DNA of 63,963 nucleotides, counting the filler, from Reticulomyxa filosa (lineage: Eukaryota; Protista; Foraminifera): assembly GCA_000512085.1 (NCBI GenBank). It is 12 parts of 12 records of this genome, joined end to end, with 100 filler letters (N's around TTAATTAATTAA, not from the genome) between each part and the next. Parts side by side here need not be neighbours in the genome. Positions count along the whole stretch, not along the records: positions 34,508 to 44,190 come from ASPP01020785.1; positions 44,291 to 50,807 come from ASPP01009325.1; positions 50,908 to 52,527 come from ASPP01018482.1; 9 more parts are not named here. One strand, 5' to 3'. The position numbers and the translations under genes were made by a program. The notes beneath the pieces are model-generated. The model did no database searches. It was given only the letters and a program-made list of their open reading frames with translations, and had not been told where the DNA came from. Of the stretch, positions 38,573 to 52,527 are shown one piece after another; position 1 is the first letter of the stretch; each line of letters starts with the position of its first letter.

Positions 38573-39756
38573 ATGAAATCCACTCTAGAAAAAGAAAACC
38601 AAGTGACAAATTTGATAAGAGTTACATAAATAATTGTCAAGTGGCTTTTTAATCTATTGCCGAATAATTGGAAAAAAATAGTGTAAAAAAAAAAAAAAAT
38701 GCAAAAATTAGAGAAAAAAAGAAGTACAAATAATCTTGGAAAATTGGCTTCGTTCGTCATCTATCGATTTAGGTTGGATTAGTGATTTCAACAAAATCAT
38801 TACACAATATGTTGAGTTTATTTGCTTTGTTCATTCTTTTTTTTTAAAATTCCCTTTGTACACGTAATGCGTAGATCAAATATTTCAAATTGCTGCAAGT
38901 ATTTCATGGGCATTTAAGATCAGTGAGTAGTGTCAACTTTTCACCAGATGGAAGCAAAATTGCTTCATCTTCACGAGACAACACTAGCAGAATTTGGGAA
39001 ATATGTTCGGGTAATGTAATTCAGATACTGAAAGGACATTCAGCTTATGTCAACTATACACAATTTTCTCCAGATGGCAACACAATTGTGTCTTGTTCTG
39101 CAGACAAAACAATTCGATTATGGGATACAAACTCGGGACAATTCTTGAAAGAATTTCAGGGGCATAGAGATAGTGTATCAAAGGTTCAATTTTCACCGGA
39201 TGGTCAAACAATTGCATCAAGTTCATTTGATGAGACAATTCGAATATGGGATGTGCTATCTGGAAAAGAGATTAAAAAAATTGTAGGGTATTCCAACCGT
39301 ATAAACGATGTACAATTTTCACCAGATGGAAAAACAATTGTTTCATGCTCTGATGACACTTCCATTGGAATATGGAACGTAATATCTGGTGAAAAAGAAC
39401 ACTCACTTCGAAGACGCTCAGATCCTATAATGAAAGTAAAATTTTCACCAGATGGGCAAAGTATTGCGTATTGCCAAAGCAATATAATTCAAATTTTGGA
39501 CATAGCATCAGAAAGATGTGTGAAAGTATTTAGAGAACACTCGAAAGAGATTGGAGATTTGCAGTACTCACCAGATGGTAATAGCATTATCTCATGTTCA
39601 TGGGATAGAACAATCAAATGGTGGGATATAAAATCAGGAGAGATAATACAAATATTGCAAGGACATGTGGCGTTTGTAACAGGACTAGATATTTCACCTG
39701 ACGGTGAAACACTTGCATCATGCTCTAATGATAAAACAATTAGATTGTGGGGATGA
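38573..39756 (+). CDS. Seven-repeat WD40 protein with a short N-terminal helical motif
   Basis: Exon 1 MKSTLEKENQ; exon 2 (38712-38810) KKEVQIILENWLRSSSIDLGWISDFNKIITQY; intron 38811-38874; then highly regular GH..V..V.FSPDG..I.S.S.D.TIR.WD repeats to stop at 39756. Confidence 0.92.
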
Positions 39757-39996
39757 AAATATTTTTAAAGAATAAAATAAAATAAAAAATAAATTGATTA
39801 TGTTCGCCTTAGGCAGTTCTTAAATTTAGGTTAATTTTTGCTTTTCCAACAAAACAATTAACTTAAAATCAACTGCTAATTTTCCAATCATGCAATTCCA
39901 TTAAAAATATATTATCAAGCACGGGATTAATACAATATGATTCATTTAGAAAGCAATAAAATAAAGTGATGGAAGATCCCTGTTTTATCTCCTTAG

Positions 39997-40230
39997 TCAA
40001 ACATTTAAACAAGTCTTTACAACACGTTTTCCATAAACAATATTCACCACAAACTCAGTTTTTGTGCTGAAAAAAAAAAGACAATGTTGAACAAACAACG
40101 CTTCAAAAAAATTTTGGATGATCTGATTAAAATCTTCAATCCAGCCAATATCATCAAATTTACTTATTTTCATCCAATAATCAATAATTAATCTAATTTC
40201 ATGTCGTTCAAGCGATATTAAAGAAATTAA
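39997..40230 (-). pseudogene. Orphan copy of the WD40-family N-terminal motif
   Basis: ERHEIRLIIDYWMKISKFDDIGWIEDFNQIIQNF aligns by eye with EVQIILENWLRSSSIDLGWISDFNKIITQY; no intact repeat domain follows. Confidence 0.6.
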
Positions 40231-40518
40231 GCAAATGTAATACGATTGGTTTTGTTGTATTGATAAAATGAAAATTTTCTTCTTTTTCAAACTGGCGAAA
40301 AAATAAAATTATATGCTAAAATGCTCCTTAAAATGAATTAAAATTATCAACAGAAAAGATAATAAAAAAAAAGCGATAATTTTGCGAAGCAACAAACAAT
40401 ATGCAAATAATATTTATTAACCATAATTTATTGTTACTAAAAACTATAGCAACAACAATTGCATTATCATTAAAAGCGCTTCAAAATACTTTTTAAAAAA
40501 AGAAAAAAAGGAAAAAAA

Positions 40519-42544
40519 ATGAAAATGTCTCTATCTGCATTAGACGAGATAGTGAACTTTGTTGAATCAAGCCAAGTGGAAAAAGAGCCAGAAGAGCGAG
40601 AATTAACGCCAGAGAAGCGCAATTACAGTTTTTTAAAGGACCCAATTATTAACCGTCGAAACAGGGCAATTCAAGCAATATATCAATTTTTAACAGAAGA
40701 GGGACTGTTTTGGACCATTAGCGAATTGGAAAAAGAATGGTAATCGAATATCTGTCCCTTTTCTCTCTTTCTCTTCTCTTACACACAAACAGATATCTTT
40801 TTTTTTTTTTTTTTTTTTCAAACCAATCAAAAGACAAAGAAATTTTTTTTTTTATTCTTTTGAGAAAACAGTGGACTTCCACATCATAGCAAATTTTATG
40901 AGACGGGTGGTACATTGTTGGAAGCGTTGGATGTGCATGAGTCGTACCAGCACAGCATAACAGAGAACACTGAGGTGGATGAAAGTGTAATACGAAAGCA
41001 ACAGCTACTTTTAAATTTGAAACAAATCTCGTCCACAGTAATGAATGATCCAATTTGTAATAAACTGTTTTACGAAATCAATGAAGTTGACAACGCGAAT
41101 CTATTATGTATGGATTTGTTTTACTACAGAGGTGATGATCATGGCAATGGCAGCAATGAGAACATTGCTAAGAATAAATTTGGTGTAGTAGTAGGAAGTG
41201 CATCCAAAAAGCTTGTCTTCCTGGAAATTTCCAAGAACAATGCCAACGTGTTTACTCATACACGTATTGCTACCTTTTCGGACTTGAAAGGCCCGCCTTT
41301 GTATGTGCGATGTGAAACCGTGTATCGCAAATATCTGGTGTGTGGATGCATGGATGGAAGCATTTACGTGATCGAACACGATCCAATGGAAGCCGAAAAG
41401 GACAAAGATAAGGAGCAAAGTAAAAAAAGATTATTGAATTATCAGTTGATCACTGGTCACACTAAGTATGTGGTTATGGTTAAATGGTCTTTTGATGCAA
41501 AGTATATCATCTCCGCTTCCCATGATTACAGTATTCGTATTTTTAAGTTGAGAACAAAATAAAACAAGGAGGAGAGAAAGAAGGGGGCCCCACAGAAATG
41601 AATTTTTTTTTTTTTTGAGAAGAGGGGGGGAGGGAAGGGGAGGGAAAAGGGATAGTTATAACATTTTTCGTAATGACCATCTTTTTCATTACTCATTCGG
41701 AATTGAACCACATGTAAGGAGAAAGAGCTGTGTGAAATTGAATAAACAGGTTTAACCCCCATCCAGAGAAGGCAAATCAATGGGCTGAGAAAATTTGCGA
41801 TTTGAAGTTTGACGGCTGTGTGGAGGCAATTGAGTGGCTACCTCGTTCGTGTAAGTTTGTTGCGTCGGTTCGGGATAACAACTACTTGCACTTCTATGAT
41901 GTGCAAGAAGTAGAAAATGCGAACAATGAAAGTGGACAAGTAAATGAAGAGAAGAAAGTGGAGGAAAGCAGAAGTGGTGACGCTGCTCTGCTACAAACAA
42001 ACCTACTGATGCCTTACTTGAAATGCAATGTCAATGCGTTTGGTGATGACCATATTTCTTTTAATATGTGCGACTTAAAAGTCAGCAAAGATGGAAACTA
42101 CTTGTTTGGAAAGACGGATCAAGAAAAATGTATTTTGTTTGTCAATGAATCGCAAGACCAGTTGCGAACATATTATGGTGCACACAGCGATCCTTATTCC
42201 TATTCCAGAATCGTCTTCAGCAAATCCATGAAATATATCTATGCTTCTCATCAGCTGCATTTCGTTGTTTGGAATGCCCACAGGGCCAAAATACTTTATC
42301 GTATCAAAGCACATGAAAAGACACTAGTTATGTTTCTTTTTGTCCGTGTGTGGATTTTTTTTTGTAATTCTTTGTCCTTTTTACTGGTGCCGGAACATCT
42401 GATTTTTTTTATTTTAAAAAACATGTGTTATTGTTATCAAAGCGAGATATGGTCATGGAAGAAGTTAATGGATTGCTAATCACAACTTCGTTTGACAAGA
42501 CTATTAAGATTTGGGGCCCTCTGTCTGTAAACCTTGAAGAATGA
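40519..42544 (+). CDS. LisH + WD40 repeat protein
   Basis: LisH-like AIYQFLTEEGLFWTISELEKE; WD repeats GHTKYVVMVKWSFDAKYIISASHDYSIRIF and LITTSFDKTIKIW. Introns 40740-40871, 41547-41749 and 42327-42442 restore the frame. Confidence 0.85.
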
Positions 42545-43234
42545 TATGGCCAGTGTGCTGTCCAAATATAATTTCAGATGGACTAATATCTTTTCCTTTT
42601 TTTTTACTTAAAGAAAAAAGGCACTGAGAGGTGAGAATAAAAACTTCCTTCAACTTGTTTTGTATCTGAAGGACAGCTCTTTACTGGTTTTTTTTGTTGT
42701 ATTGCTGATTATAATTGATGGAAAGATTTGGTGTTTCTTCTAAATTCAAATTTAAAGCAAATATTGAAACATTTATTGAAACTGTGCGAAATGCTCACAT
42801 GCTAAATATTCGCCATACAGCACTTTGGATTACTCTACATTTTACTCGTTCTCAACAAAAATATTTGGTCATATTTTTAAAGTTTTTTTTGCATTGTGCG
42901 GATGTCTACGTGGGATCCAAAAACGTCCATTCCAAAAAGCAACATGTAAGATTTGACAAAAATGATTACTAAAATATATTTCAATGATCCATTTATTTTT
43001 TTGGTAGAGTCCTACACCGTGAAGTATTAAGTGAATGAAAATAATTTAGTTATGCAGTAAAAATTTGTATTATTATGAAAGAAAATCCACGAAATCTTCA
43101 AATACAAATGCTCACCACCCGAGAGTTCAAAAGCAAATTAAGAAAAAAGCGATATACAAAAACGAAACAGTATAAGTGTGCAGGTATTTGTTGTTGATCG
43201 CGTTGACATATAATTATGAAAAAAGAAAAAAATT

Positions 43235-44190
43235 CTATAAATTGAAAAAAATTTTTTTGGAATACAATGTGTATGCAACCCACGTCCACATTAAACATCC
43301 AATGACATTGCTCGACAGCAATTTGGCGTGAGTTGTTATCCCTGATTTCCAAGCAAAAGGAAAAGAAGACCCTAAAATTTCACTGCCACAATAGACAATG
43401 ATAGAGTTCATTCCCAGCCAGTGAAATGGCTTTCCATCCCACCGTTTGAATACATCGATTATCAAATAAAACAGGATAAAAACAATCGTGCCTGTGGATG
43501 CTTGACATAGAATGAAGGATATTGACCACAAGTTTTTGTTCACAGGAATGAATCCTCCATTCTGTTTAAACTATTGTGTACCCACAATATGACACACACA
43601 CACAAAAGCATACTGTCCACAATTTTTTTTTTCAATGAGCGAGTTAATATAAGTGACAAAGTATATGCTCAACTTCACATAATCCTCCGGCTGTCAAGCC
43701 AAAGATAACACTGTACAATAACCAACGCCCAATTCTTTGCTTTGGAGTTGAATATAACCGCAAAATTCTTCCCATCGTGATTCCAAAAAAACACAACACA
43801 GCACAAGTTAAGCTGCCTAAAATACCTTCGGGGTCATAGCTTCCTGTTGCATAGTACTCTTGACACGTCGGATATTGGTACATATGACCAAAGCCAAGTA
43901 TTTTTTCATCCACATAGCGATGAGCACCGCCAGTGCACTCGACATGTTCTAAGTTTTATGTATGTGTACATGCATTATAAGAACATTTAGAATATACACA
44001 TAATACAAATGCCTAAATTACATAACCAAATAAACAAATGAATGGAATGTGAAACAAAACTGCCATAGTCGCCGATGCCACCAGGGGACAAATACCCTTT
44101 CGGACAATTTGAGCCAAAAAAGTGAACCGGCAGCAAGTAGACGAGGCATTCTTTGAGTGCTAGAATAGACAGCATGACAATCCATTGTTG
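43235..44190 (-). CDS. HGSNAT: Heparan-alpha-glucosaminide N-acetyltransferase (TMEM76), 5'-partial
   Basis: CPKGYLSPGGIGD, CTGGAHRYVD, HMYQYPTC, YDPEGILGSL, IPVNKNLWSISF, GKPFHWLGMNSIIVYCGSE. Introns 43949-44060 and 43571-43673. Confidence 0.95.
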
Positions 44191-44290
44191 NNNNNNNNNN
44201 NNNNNNNNNNNNNNNNNNNNNNNNNNNNNNNNNNTTAATTAATTAANNNNNNNNNNNNNNNNNNNNNNNNNNNNNNNNNNNNNNNNNNNN

Positions 44291-44323
<33 letters not shown>

Positions 44324-44397
44324 GTATTTATTTAATTATTTGTAAATGCCATGAATACACATACATACACCAAAAAAAAAAAAAAAAAAAACACAGG

Positions 44398-46342
44398 TGA
44401 GATCATTTATCGATACAAAAACAACTAAATCTGCTCATGGGGCGACGTACAGTCAACAGGCCTCATTGCTAGCTTCTTCAGACAACGAGAAAAAGTTTGA
44501 CGTGAATGATGCCCCACAATTGCATTCCAACGCAACCAAAATGGAAACCACACAAAGTGTTTCACCTGACAGTGATGACTTTGAACCTTTGGCGATATTG
44601 GCATCCGAAGGCGGCTATGATAAAATGGCTACTATTACTGGTGATGATGAGTTAAGTTGTCATATGCCACTGCGAAAGTATTTTGTTTTTGTTTTGATAA
44701 AATTATAAAACAAAACATACACTTTATCAAATAAACATCACGCAACAGAGACGAGGAAGAAGACGAGGACCGACAAGCGTCACCCACACCAATGTCGGAC
44801 TACCATGGCGGAAATGGAAGTACGAAAGACTTGAAAAAAAACGAGGGAAGTTTAAGAAATTTAGGCAATCAAAAAAATGATGGAAGTTTGAGAAATTTGA
44901 ATCAAAGGAACGATGGAAGTTTACGAAATTTGGGCAATCAGAAGAATGGGAAACCCAATGCTGCTGATACACCACCGGTGGAGGAGAAAAAAGAGGAAGT
45001 AGTGTATTCGAGAATTGCGACGATCATGACCAAACCACCACCTTCGGCAAATACTCTTCCAGTTCAATCGGAATCGACACTGCGATTAAAACCTTTGGAC
45101 AGTGACGACGCTCCACCACTAGCGGTCATACCAAGGCAAACGGGCAGGACATCCGCCGCAATGGAAGAAAAAAAGAACTTACTTTCTGCGGCTTTACAGA
45201 AAAAATATATCAAACCCAAACCTGCACCGTCTGCTGATACCTCGGCTCCGGAATTAGTTACTCAATCACCCAAAGTCAGTTCCAAATCCAAGAAAAAACG
45301 CAGAAAAAGAAAAAAGAAAAAACAGAAGATTGACTCGCAACCACCCGAATTTGCGCGCCTTGATCATGCTGATTCTTTGTGTTATGTTTTCAAATGCTTT
45401 TTTATTTTTTTGTTTTGTTGTATTTTTTCTTTTTTGCACATTTTTGGTTCAAACAAAAATACAGTCAAACAGAGACAGCAAGTGACCCAAAATATGAGGG
45501 AAATTGCTGGGTCAGTTGTCGGCGTGATACCTCCCCCACCGCCTATTGAAATGTCAGTTCCACCAACAGGTGTATGGGTTCCTGGCACGACTCCGGCACC
45601 TCCAAAAATTGGACCACCAAAGACGGCGCCTCCACTAACCAATATTCCAGCTCCTCCAGCCAATATACCGGGCCCTCCTCCAACTAATATGCCAGGCCCT
45701 CCCCCCCCCAAGACAATCCAGCCATCATCATCAACTCCTTCTCTTCCGCCTCCTGTTTCTTCAAAGATTTCGCCAGCACCGCCAAGCCGTCCAAATACTG
45801 TCGGTCCTTTACCCCCTCCTGATGACGATGACGATGACGATGATGAAGGTGACAACGATGATAATAATGACGATAATACCACAAATAATAATACAGCACC
45901 AGGCAAACCTACAAGCAATAACACGGCACCAAGCAAACCCACAAGCAGTCCTCTCCCTCCTCCTCCTCCTTCTCGAATTGTCAAAGAAGAGTCGAAACCT
46001 ATCACAAGTTGACCTAATTTCTTTTGAAAGGGTACACAAAATGCTAACTATACATATCACAAAAAAATTTTGATGTGATGAATATATTTAGAAGAGAAAA
46101 GTGATCTCAAGGAACTCGGACAAAGTGGTAATATGCAGCGTTTACAAACTTTGCCACCCGTACCAACATTACCTCCAATACCACCCAGTGCGCGAAGTGC
46201 ATCTGCACCTTCTGGTCTTCCGCCACCTGTCCCTTCTGTCCCTTCTGTCCCTCCTGTCCCTCCTGCAGTGCCTGGTTATCTATCTCTTCAACAATCCAAA
46301 GATCCTGAAGATCAAGCAGATGTAGACGCAGGCGAACAATGA
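44398..46342 (+). CDS. Proline-rich low-complexity protein, 5'-partial, multi-exon
   Basis: ORFs 44397-44708, 44792-46012 and 46133-46342 separated by intron-like AT tracts. Poly-Pro, poly-Asp and a basic cluster KSKKKRRKRKKKK. Confidence 0.7.
44837..44946 (+). repeat. Coding tandem repeat, 3 x 11-12 aa (K/R-N-D/E-GSLRNL-[G]-NQ)
   Basis: Units of 36, 33 and 36 nt. Confidence 0.85.
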
Positions 46343-49335
46343 TACACAGGCAAAATAAATCTTTTTTTTTTCACATTTGTCAAGTTTGTGTGGATTTGTT
46401 GTGCTTGACAATTTTGTTTCATAATGCACAGTTATTCTTTGTGTTTGTAATCACTTCGTTTGATTGAAGAGAAAGCGATTGTTTCTCATCTAACCCTTGT
46501 TTTCTGTGATGCAACCAAGCAAAAATGTTCTTTTGATTTTTTTATGATGATTACTCTTACACAATGTATCAAATTCAGTACTGATGACTTGTTTTCTGAA
46601 GGAAACGATTTTTTCTATAGAACGAGCGAGTTGATTTCTCGATTAAAAAAGTCAGTCTATCAGCACTACTTTTGTTAGCACATTGTATGTATGGGAGTGA
46701 AGAATCACTGGCTTGTTAGTAACTGTTGTATGTCAGCTGTACTAGCTACTGTTCCAGGCGACGTTGAGTAATCTCAATCTTTATATGTTTTACAATTGTA
46801 TTACTCTTGACATTGTGGTTGTTTGCACAGATACACCTATTTGATGACTGCTGGAATCTTGGATAAGCCTTATTACGAAAAGAAGATAGGACGGCGGAAG
46901 AAAGCACCGAAAAGAGAAGAAAAGTGACTTTATAAAATCAATTGAACTCATGGTTCCGTCCTTTTTTTAATGTATTGAAATCTATATTAACTGCTATTTG
47001 TGGTTTAAAAACGACAAATGTTTCAAGATAAAATTCCAGTAAGGTATGATGTGCATATGACTATGCTAACTCATGTCAGACTGATTCTAGCGACTGGCAA
47101 CGTCTAACGCAATGTCCATCTGACGATTACTACGTTAATTTTATTCAAATGTAGATTGTTCTTTTTCTCGGTTAGTATATCTATATATTTATTTATTTCA
47201 AATAATCAATTTGAAAAACAATTATCATATTTACATATATAAATGCATATAGTTTGTTGTGTTATGACTTTGGCCCATGTGTGTATGTATAATAGTAAAC
47301 TTATGCAGTCACTTTGCCATTTGATGTGTAAAACTGTTTAAGCGTTTGTCCGACATATGAACAAACTAACATTATCAAACAAATAAAAAAAAAGGTTTTA
47401 CACAGGTATTTACAACTGTACAATTACGATATGATTTTTTCGATTATCACGATCATAAGAATTGCAAAGGTGAATACATACAAGACTACTAGTGTCATAA
47501 TGTACAATCATTTCTGATATCAACTTGCGCTACGACTAGACGTCGACAATGTGAATAAATACACTATTGTATTTGCTTGTGAATATATTTATCGACTTAT
47601 GTTTGACTAACGTGCTGTCGCCTAGCGCAGAATATAATAGTCATAATGTGATATAATATAAAGCGTTAGATGATATAAGATAATTATTAAGTGAATCGAA
47701 CATCTCGATTATATGTGTCATTGATTGCATGTTATTAACAATGTCAGACCTTAATATCACAATGAATTTAGCACTAAAACATTATATCCAGCGACTGTTC
47801 AATTTGACCATTGGAACAATATATATCAAATATATGAAGCATTCGCGTGGACTTTGGCTTTCGACAAGTGCAATTGGTGCAACAATGTGTAAATGTTTAA
47901 GTCGTCATTATATCGAATCAATGATGTTAATATGTAGTCAATTTGTCCAATAATCACCATCGACTACTTCGAAAGTCGAGTTACATCACAAACTATTCAG
48001 CAGCTCTTTCTTGCTTGAAAGACAGTTACCAAAACATAATTCGTGTCTGTAGATTATGATAGTTTATCAAATAGCTTCGTTTTGTAACTTGGCTGATCAA
48101 GTATTGTGTTTTCTTGTTATATATACACATACATACATGTATATTTATATCTAGATATAGTATGCGTTTTTTGCTTGTTTGTTTGGAATTAAGTAATGAA
48201 TACGTAGTATAAATATATAACAATATATTCAATTATGAAAGTTGCAATATGGTCTAAATTTATTGGCAAACGAACGACATTTGGCCTGGTCCTTCTTGGC
48301 CTGTCATTGATGACATATCGATACAAATTGCTTTAATATTATGTGAAGCATTTCTATGTACTAATGTCTGTATTATTATATTATAACGCGTCGACATTTA
48401 CTTTCAATGCTATCAACGATAGTACTTGTTTAATTTTATGCATTCAGCTGGGGTCTTGGCCAATATATTGTATAACATTTATTGTTGTCTTTTCTTTTTA
48501 TGACAAGTAGCTTTATATGATATTATTTTGTTTCTTTTTTTTTTTTTATGATTTGATTGTTAATGAAAGTTGAATTATCAATTTCACTTTATTGCCTCCT
48601 TTTTTTAAATTGAATTATAATAATAAAATATGACATATCAATAATTTGAAAAAATATAAATTTCATGATTCGCATGCGTTTTTCGTTAGAATAAATTTAA
48701 TTTTTGCATTTTTGAATAAAAATGAAAAAATGTCAGAAAAAAATACCGTTGAGTTAGATCATATAACCACTTGGCTGGATCATATTAGCAACAGATACAC
48801 CAAAGCAGACACCCACGTAACAGACAACAAAGTCTATCCTTGATCACTTAAAAAAAATACAACATTATCTTATATCTTGCTTTTAAAATTTTAACAATTC
48901 GATCAAGAAAAGTTAGCCATCATCTTCCTAAATGTACATTGAACTTCATTTAAAAAGTCAAGATGAATTTCTATTTCTTTTTTTATGCGCAAACTACCAC
49001 ATGTCGAAGTCTGGAACAAAAATTTTCTTAAAAAACAACTTTTTTGGAAAAGTTTCAAAAGATATTAAGGGTTCTACGCATTTTTTTTTCTCAAGGAAAC
49101 AAAAATTAAATCTTTGTCAATATTTATTTTTCTGGCAAATGTCAAATGAAAGTTGCTTAAACCACACTAAAAGAACATAGCCGACCGAAAAATTGAAAGC
49201 TAATAAAAAGAATTGAAAGTAACTTTTCAATTACAGCCTATAACAGCAATTTCAGAAAAAACACAAACAAAAAACTTAAAATAAAAATAAAAGTGCATTA
49301 GAACGAAAGTTACAGAAAATCGAAAAAATTGTTTT

Positions 49336-50752
49336 TTACTTGTTGTCGAGAACAGTTTCTAAAAATGGTGTATTTTCCAGATTTACGCCGTCCAAATGAT
49401 TGTTTAAGAACGTGTGAATAAACAGAGCAAACAATCCAATGCAATAAAAAACATTGTTTTCTCCAGGATGCGGATACCATGCTTCCAGATCAGTATTGTG
49501 ACTCTGTTGGTGCATCAAAAAAGTATGGTGATAACGGTGACGAGATTTGTTAAGCAATGATTTCTCAAATATGAGAAAATAATAAGGAAAATAGGCATTT
49601 GTTGAGGAATCGCCACTATAAGTAAAAGCGCATTTTGTGCAAATGTGTTATTGTCAAATTTGGAAATTGCACCTTTTTCAGAGAGAGAGAAAAAAAAATA
49701 AACAAATACTACAGCATAAAGGACCTATTGAATGAAACACAAACAATCGAAACACGCTGTATTTTTTTCAGCGTGTCCAATTGTCGGATTTTGGAAAGTG
49801 GTATTTGTAGATAATGAGTGTGATGGAAAATGACGGTAGGAGATAAGATGCCGTCCATGTAGAGAATAAACAAGCGCATAAGCAATTGGTTGAGCGTCAA
49901 ATTGTAACATAAAGGATCTGGGGTCAACATGTCATCTGCATTGCAGTTATTTTTCGTGAATCGAAAGACTTTTTCCATTATACGTAAGTAGTAGCCTTGG
50001 CATGAAAGTTGATATGAGCTTCGAGCAGACTCTGACTTTGTTAGAAACGATGAGGATTGACACTTTTTATCCCAATGTACGACAATTTTGTCAATGTCAT
50101 TTATTAAGCCTTTTTGAGATTGCAAATATTGCAAGATCCACGGCGCATTGTGCTGCTCTGCAATTTGTAGCAACCGATCATAATTATTTATCAAAAATCC
50201 CACTTTGGCGTCGAAATGCTTAAATTGTTCAAACTTTGTTGCATATCCAGGATACCACTTTTTTAATTGCTCTATGATCAATTCCACTGTAGTGTTCGTG
50301 TAATACCACAAACGATATTTCTCCTTGCATATTGACTTCATCATAAACTATAACATTTTTTTTATTTTATTTTTTTATATTTTTTTGTTTGTTTGAAATG
50401 GTCCATTTTTTTTTTTTAATGTTGAAAAGTGTGAAATACGTAGCCACTAAACCCATTTGGCACATTGAGCTCTTTGATGGACGGGTTTTGCAGGATCGAA
50501 AGAATCCCACCATGAAACATGATGCCAGAACTTGTCGGTCCAACATTGACCCCACCGATGGGCTAGATGCGTTGCGTCCATTACTTTGTTGCCGGTCGAT
50601 TGTTTGGATGATAACGAAGCTGGTTTGTATTGTTTGGACTTTGCATCGTGTCCAGATAAAAGTACCGGTTGCACCCAATTTTCAGTCGTGTTATTCCATG
50701 CGATTGTCCTATTGGAAGGCGTTTCGTACTTGGTACTTCCGTACTTTTGATC
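49336..50752 (-). CDS. Hypothetical protein, 5'-partial, multi-exon
   Basis: Open exon-like blocks ~50452-50752 (Trp-rich), 49755-50347 and 49336-49616, separated by GT-AG AT-rich tracts. No family recognised. Confidence 0.55.
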
Positions 50753-51249
50753 TTTCCAAACAAGATCATATACATATACATAAATGTATATATGTACATA
50801 AGAGAGANNNNNNNNNNNNNNNNNNNNNNNNNNNNNNNNNNNNNNNNNNNNTTAATTAATTAANNNNNNNNNNNNNNNNNNNNNNNNNNNNNNNNNNNNN
50901 NNNNNNNATTGTTTATATTTTTTATTTGTGTTTGAGATGAGAGGGATAGGAGCAATTTGGGGGGAAAAAAATATAATGGAAAAATTGGGGAAAAAATTGG
51001 GGAAAATAAAATAAATGAAAAAGGGGGGAAGAAAAAAGTAAAAATTTATTTAAGAAAATTGGAAAAAAATGAAGAATGAAAAATAAAAAAAATGGGAAAA
51101 AAAAGTTGGAAAATGAAGAAAAAAAAAGAAAGACAATAGTGAAAAAGTAAGAAAAAAGAAAATTAAAAAGATATAAATAAAAAAGATAAAAAGGAAAATA
51201 TAAAAGAAAAAGAAAAAAGAAAAATGAAAAAGGCGAAAAAAAAAAAATT

Positions 51250-52527
51250 GTGACAATGATGGCGGAGACTGATCGCTCATGTCAAATAGATTTTGTACGT
51301 GCGCATTTTCGCACTTTGTATTTTAGATTGTGAGTGTGCTTGTGGTAGTGAGGGATTTGAAAAGAACTTGTCGCATCAACGAATGAGCACAAGTCTATGT
51401 GAGCAATCTTGGCGCGGCAAATCACCAAGAAGGAGCCAAACTTCAATCTATAGTCGCCGACAAACAATGGAGACTTATCGTTATCGAAATGTCGCTAACT
51501 TCGTGGACATAGACAATAATCGAAACTCGTCGTATGCATGCGCACAATACTTTGTATTCGTCTCGTTATCCTAACACTTGGCGAACAATGGAGCGTTGGT
51601 TGCCAATTTGCATTAGTTTGGATTGGGTTTGAATCGGAGAATCGTTACATGTGAAAGTGTCCCATTCGTGAAGGAGTTTTGCAAAATTGTCACCAAGACA
51701 CCAGGAAGCAAAAGAGTGAGATGAAAATTACGATGAATAGAAGAAAAAGAACTCGGAGCCATATCGCGTTTGATAAGTTTTTTAAAATAAACAGGAGAAA
51801 AAAAGAATACTATGATATCGCGCAAAGTAAAAACGATGTCAACATTACATGCAGCTGCTGGATTGACGAATAAGTTGAAAACGATGGAGAAAAAGAAAAC
51901 AATTGGCATTTTGATTGAGCAAACCACACTGCGTTGAATGAACCATCTCATGAAAGAGTGGTTCAATTTAGTTGCTCGAGACGACAAGACACCGGCAAGC
52001 AAGAAGAAAAAGAATAGAAAGAGGATGATTTGTTTAAAAGGGAAAAAAAAAAACCAATCGATCGACTTTATTAACTTTGGTTTGGAATTACTTCTTACGC
52101 AAAGTCGCCACTCGCAGGGCAGACAACTTCCCATATTGCGCCCCAATGAAAAATGTTAAAAAAATATGTCAACGTCTAGCAGTGGCGCTCGAAGTATTTG
52201 AAAGAACCTGGCCATCAGCGTATACGATACAAGTCTCTGGCGCTGTGCCGTGCAAACAATTATCCGCAAATATAATGTCCAACTGCGATTTACCGGCGCC
52301 AATGGCCAAGGGAAGCTCTGTCGTTATGGAAATACTTACTTTTATAAAAATAGCACAACAGTCGAAACGCATAGATTGTGTACTCATGTCGAAACTGGTC
52401 GTGAACGTGCGCACATGCGCAAATTTGGACTTTGGATCATGGACGTGCTGATTGGAGAAATCGTAAGTCGCAGGCAATATTGAGAATCGACAATTCTTGA
52501 ATAAATAGAGTTTGTTGTATTTTCCGG
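51250..52527 (+). pseudogene. Decayed gene fragment
   Basis: Coding-like composition after an A-rich tract (50930-51250); all frames interrupted. Confidence 0.35.

Noticed and set aside
45382-46005. Gly-rich 207-aa minus-strand ORF
   Set aside because: Antisense shadow of the poly-Pro coding exon. The same applies to 80-547 and 32796-33470.
46350-49300. RNA genes or hidden ORFs in the long AT-rich interval
   Set aside because: No tRNA/rRNA/snRNA hallmarks or convincing coding signal by eye; a covariance-model search would be needed.
49590-49670. GDSS motif suggesting an SGNH/PC-esterase
   Set aside because: Needs an assumed frameshift or an uncertain splice, and no supporting motifs were found.
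51050-51280. Phe-rich ORF as a membrane protein
   Set aside because: Translation of an A-rich low-complexity tract.
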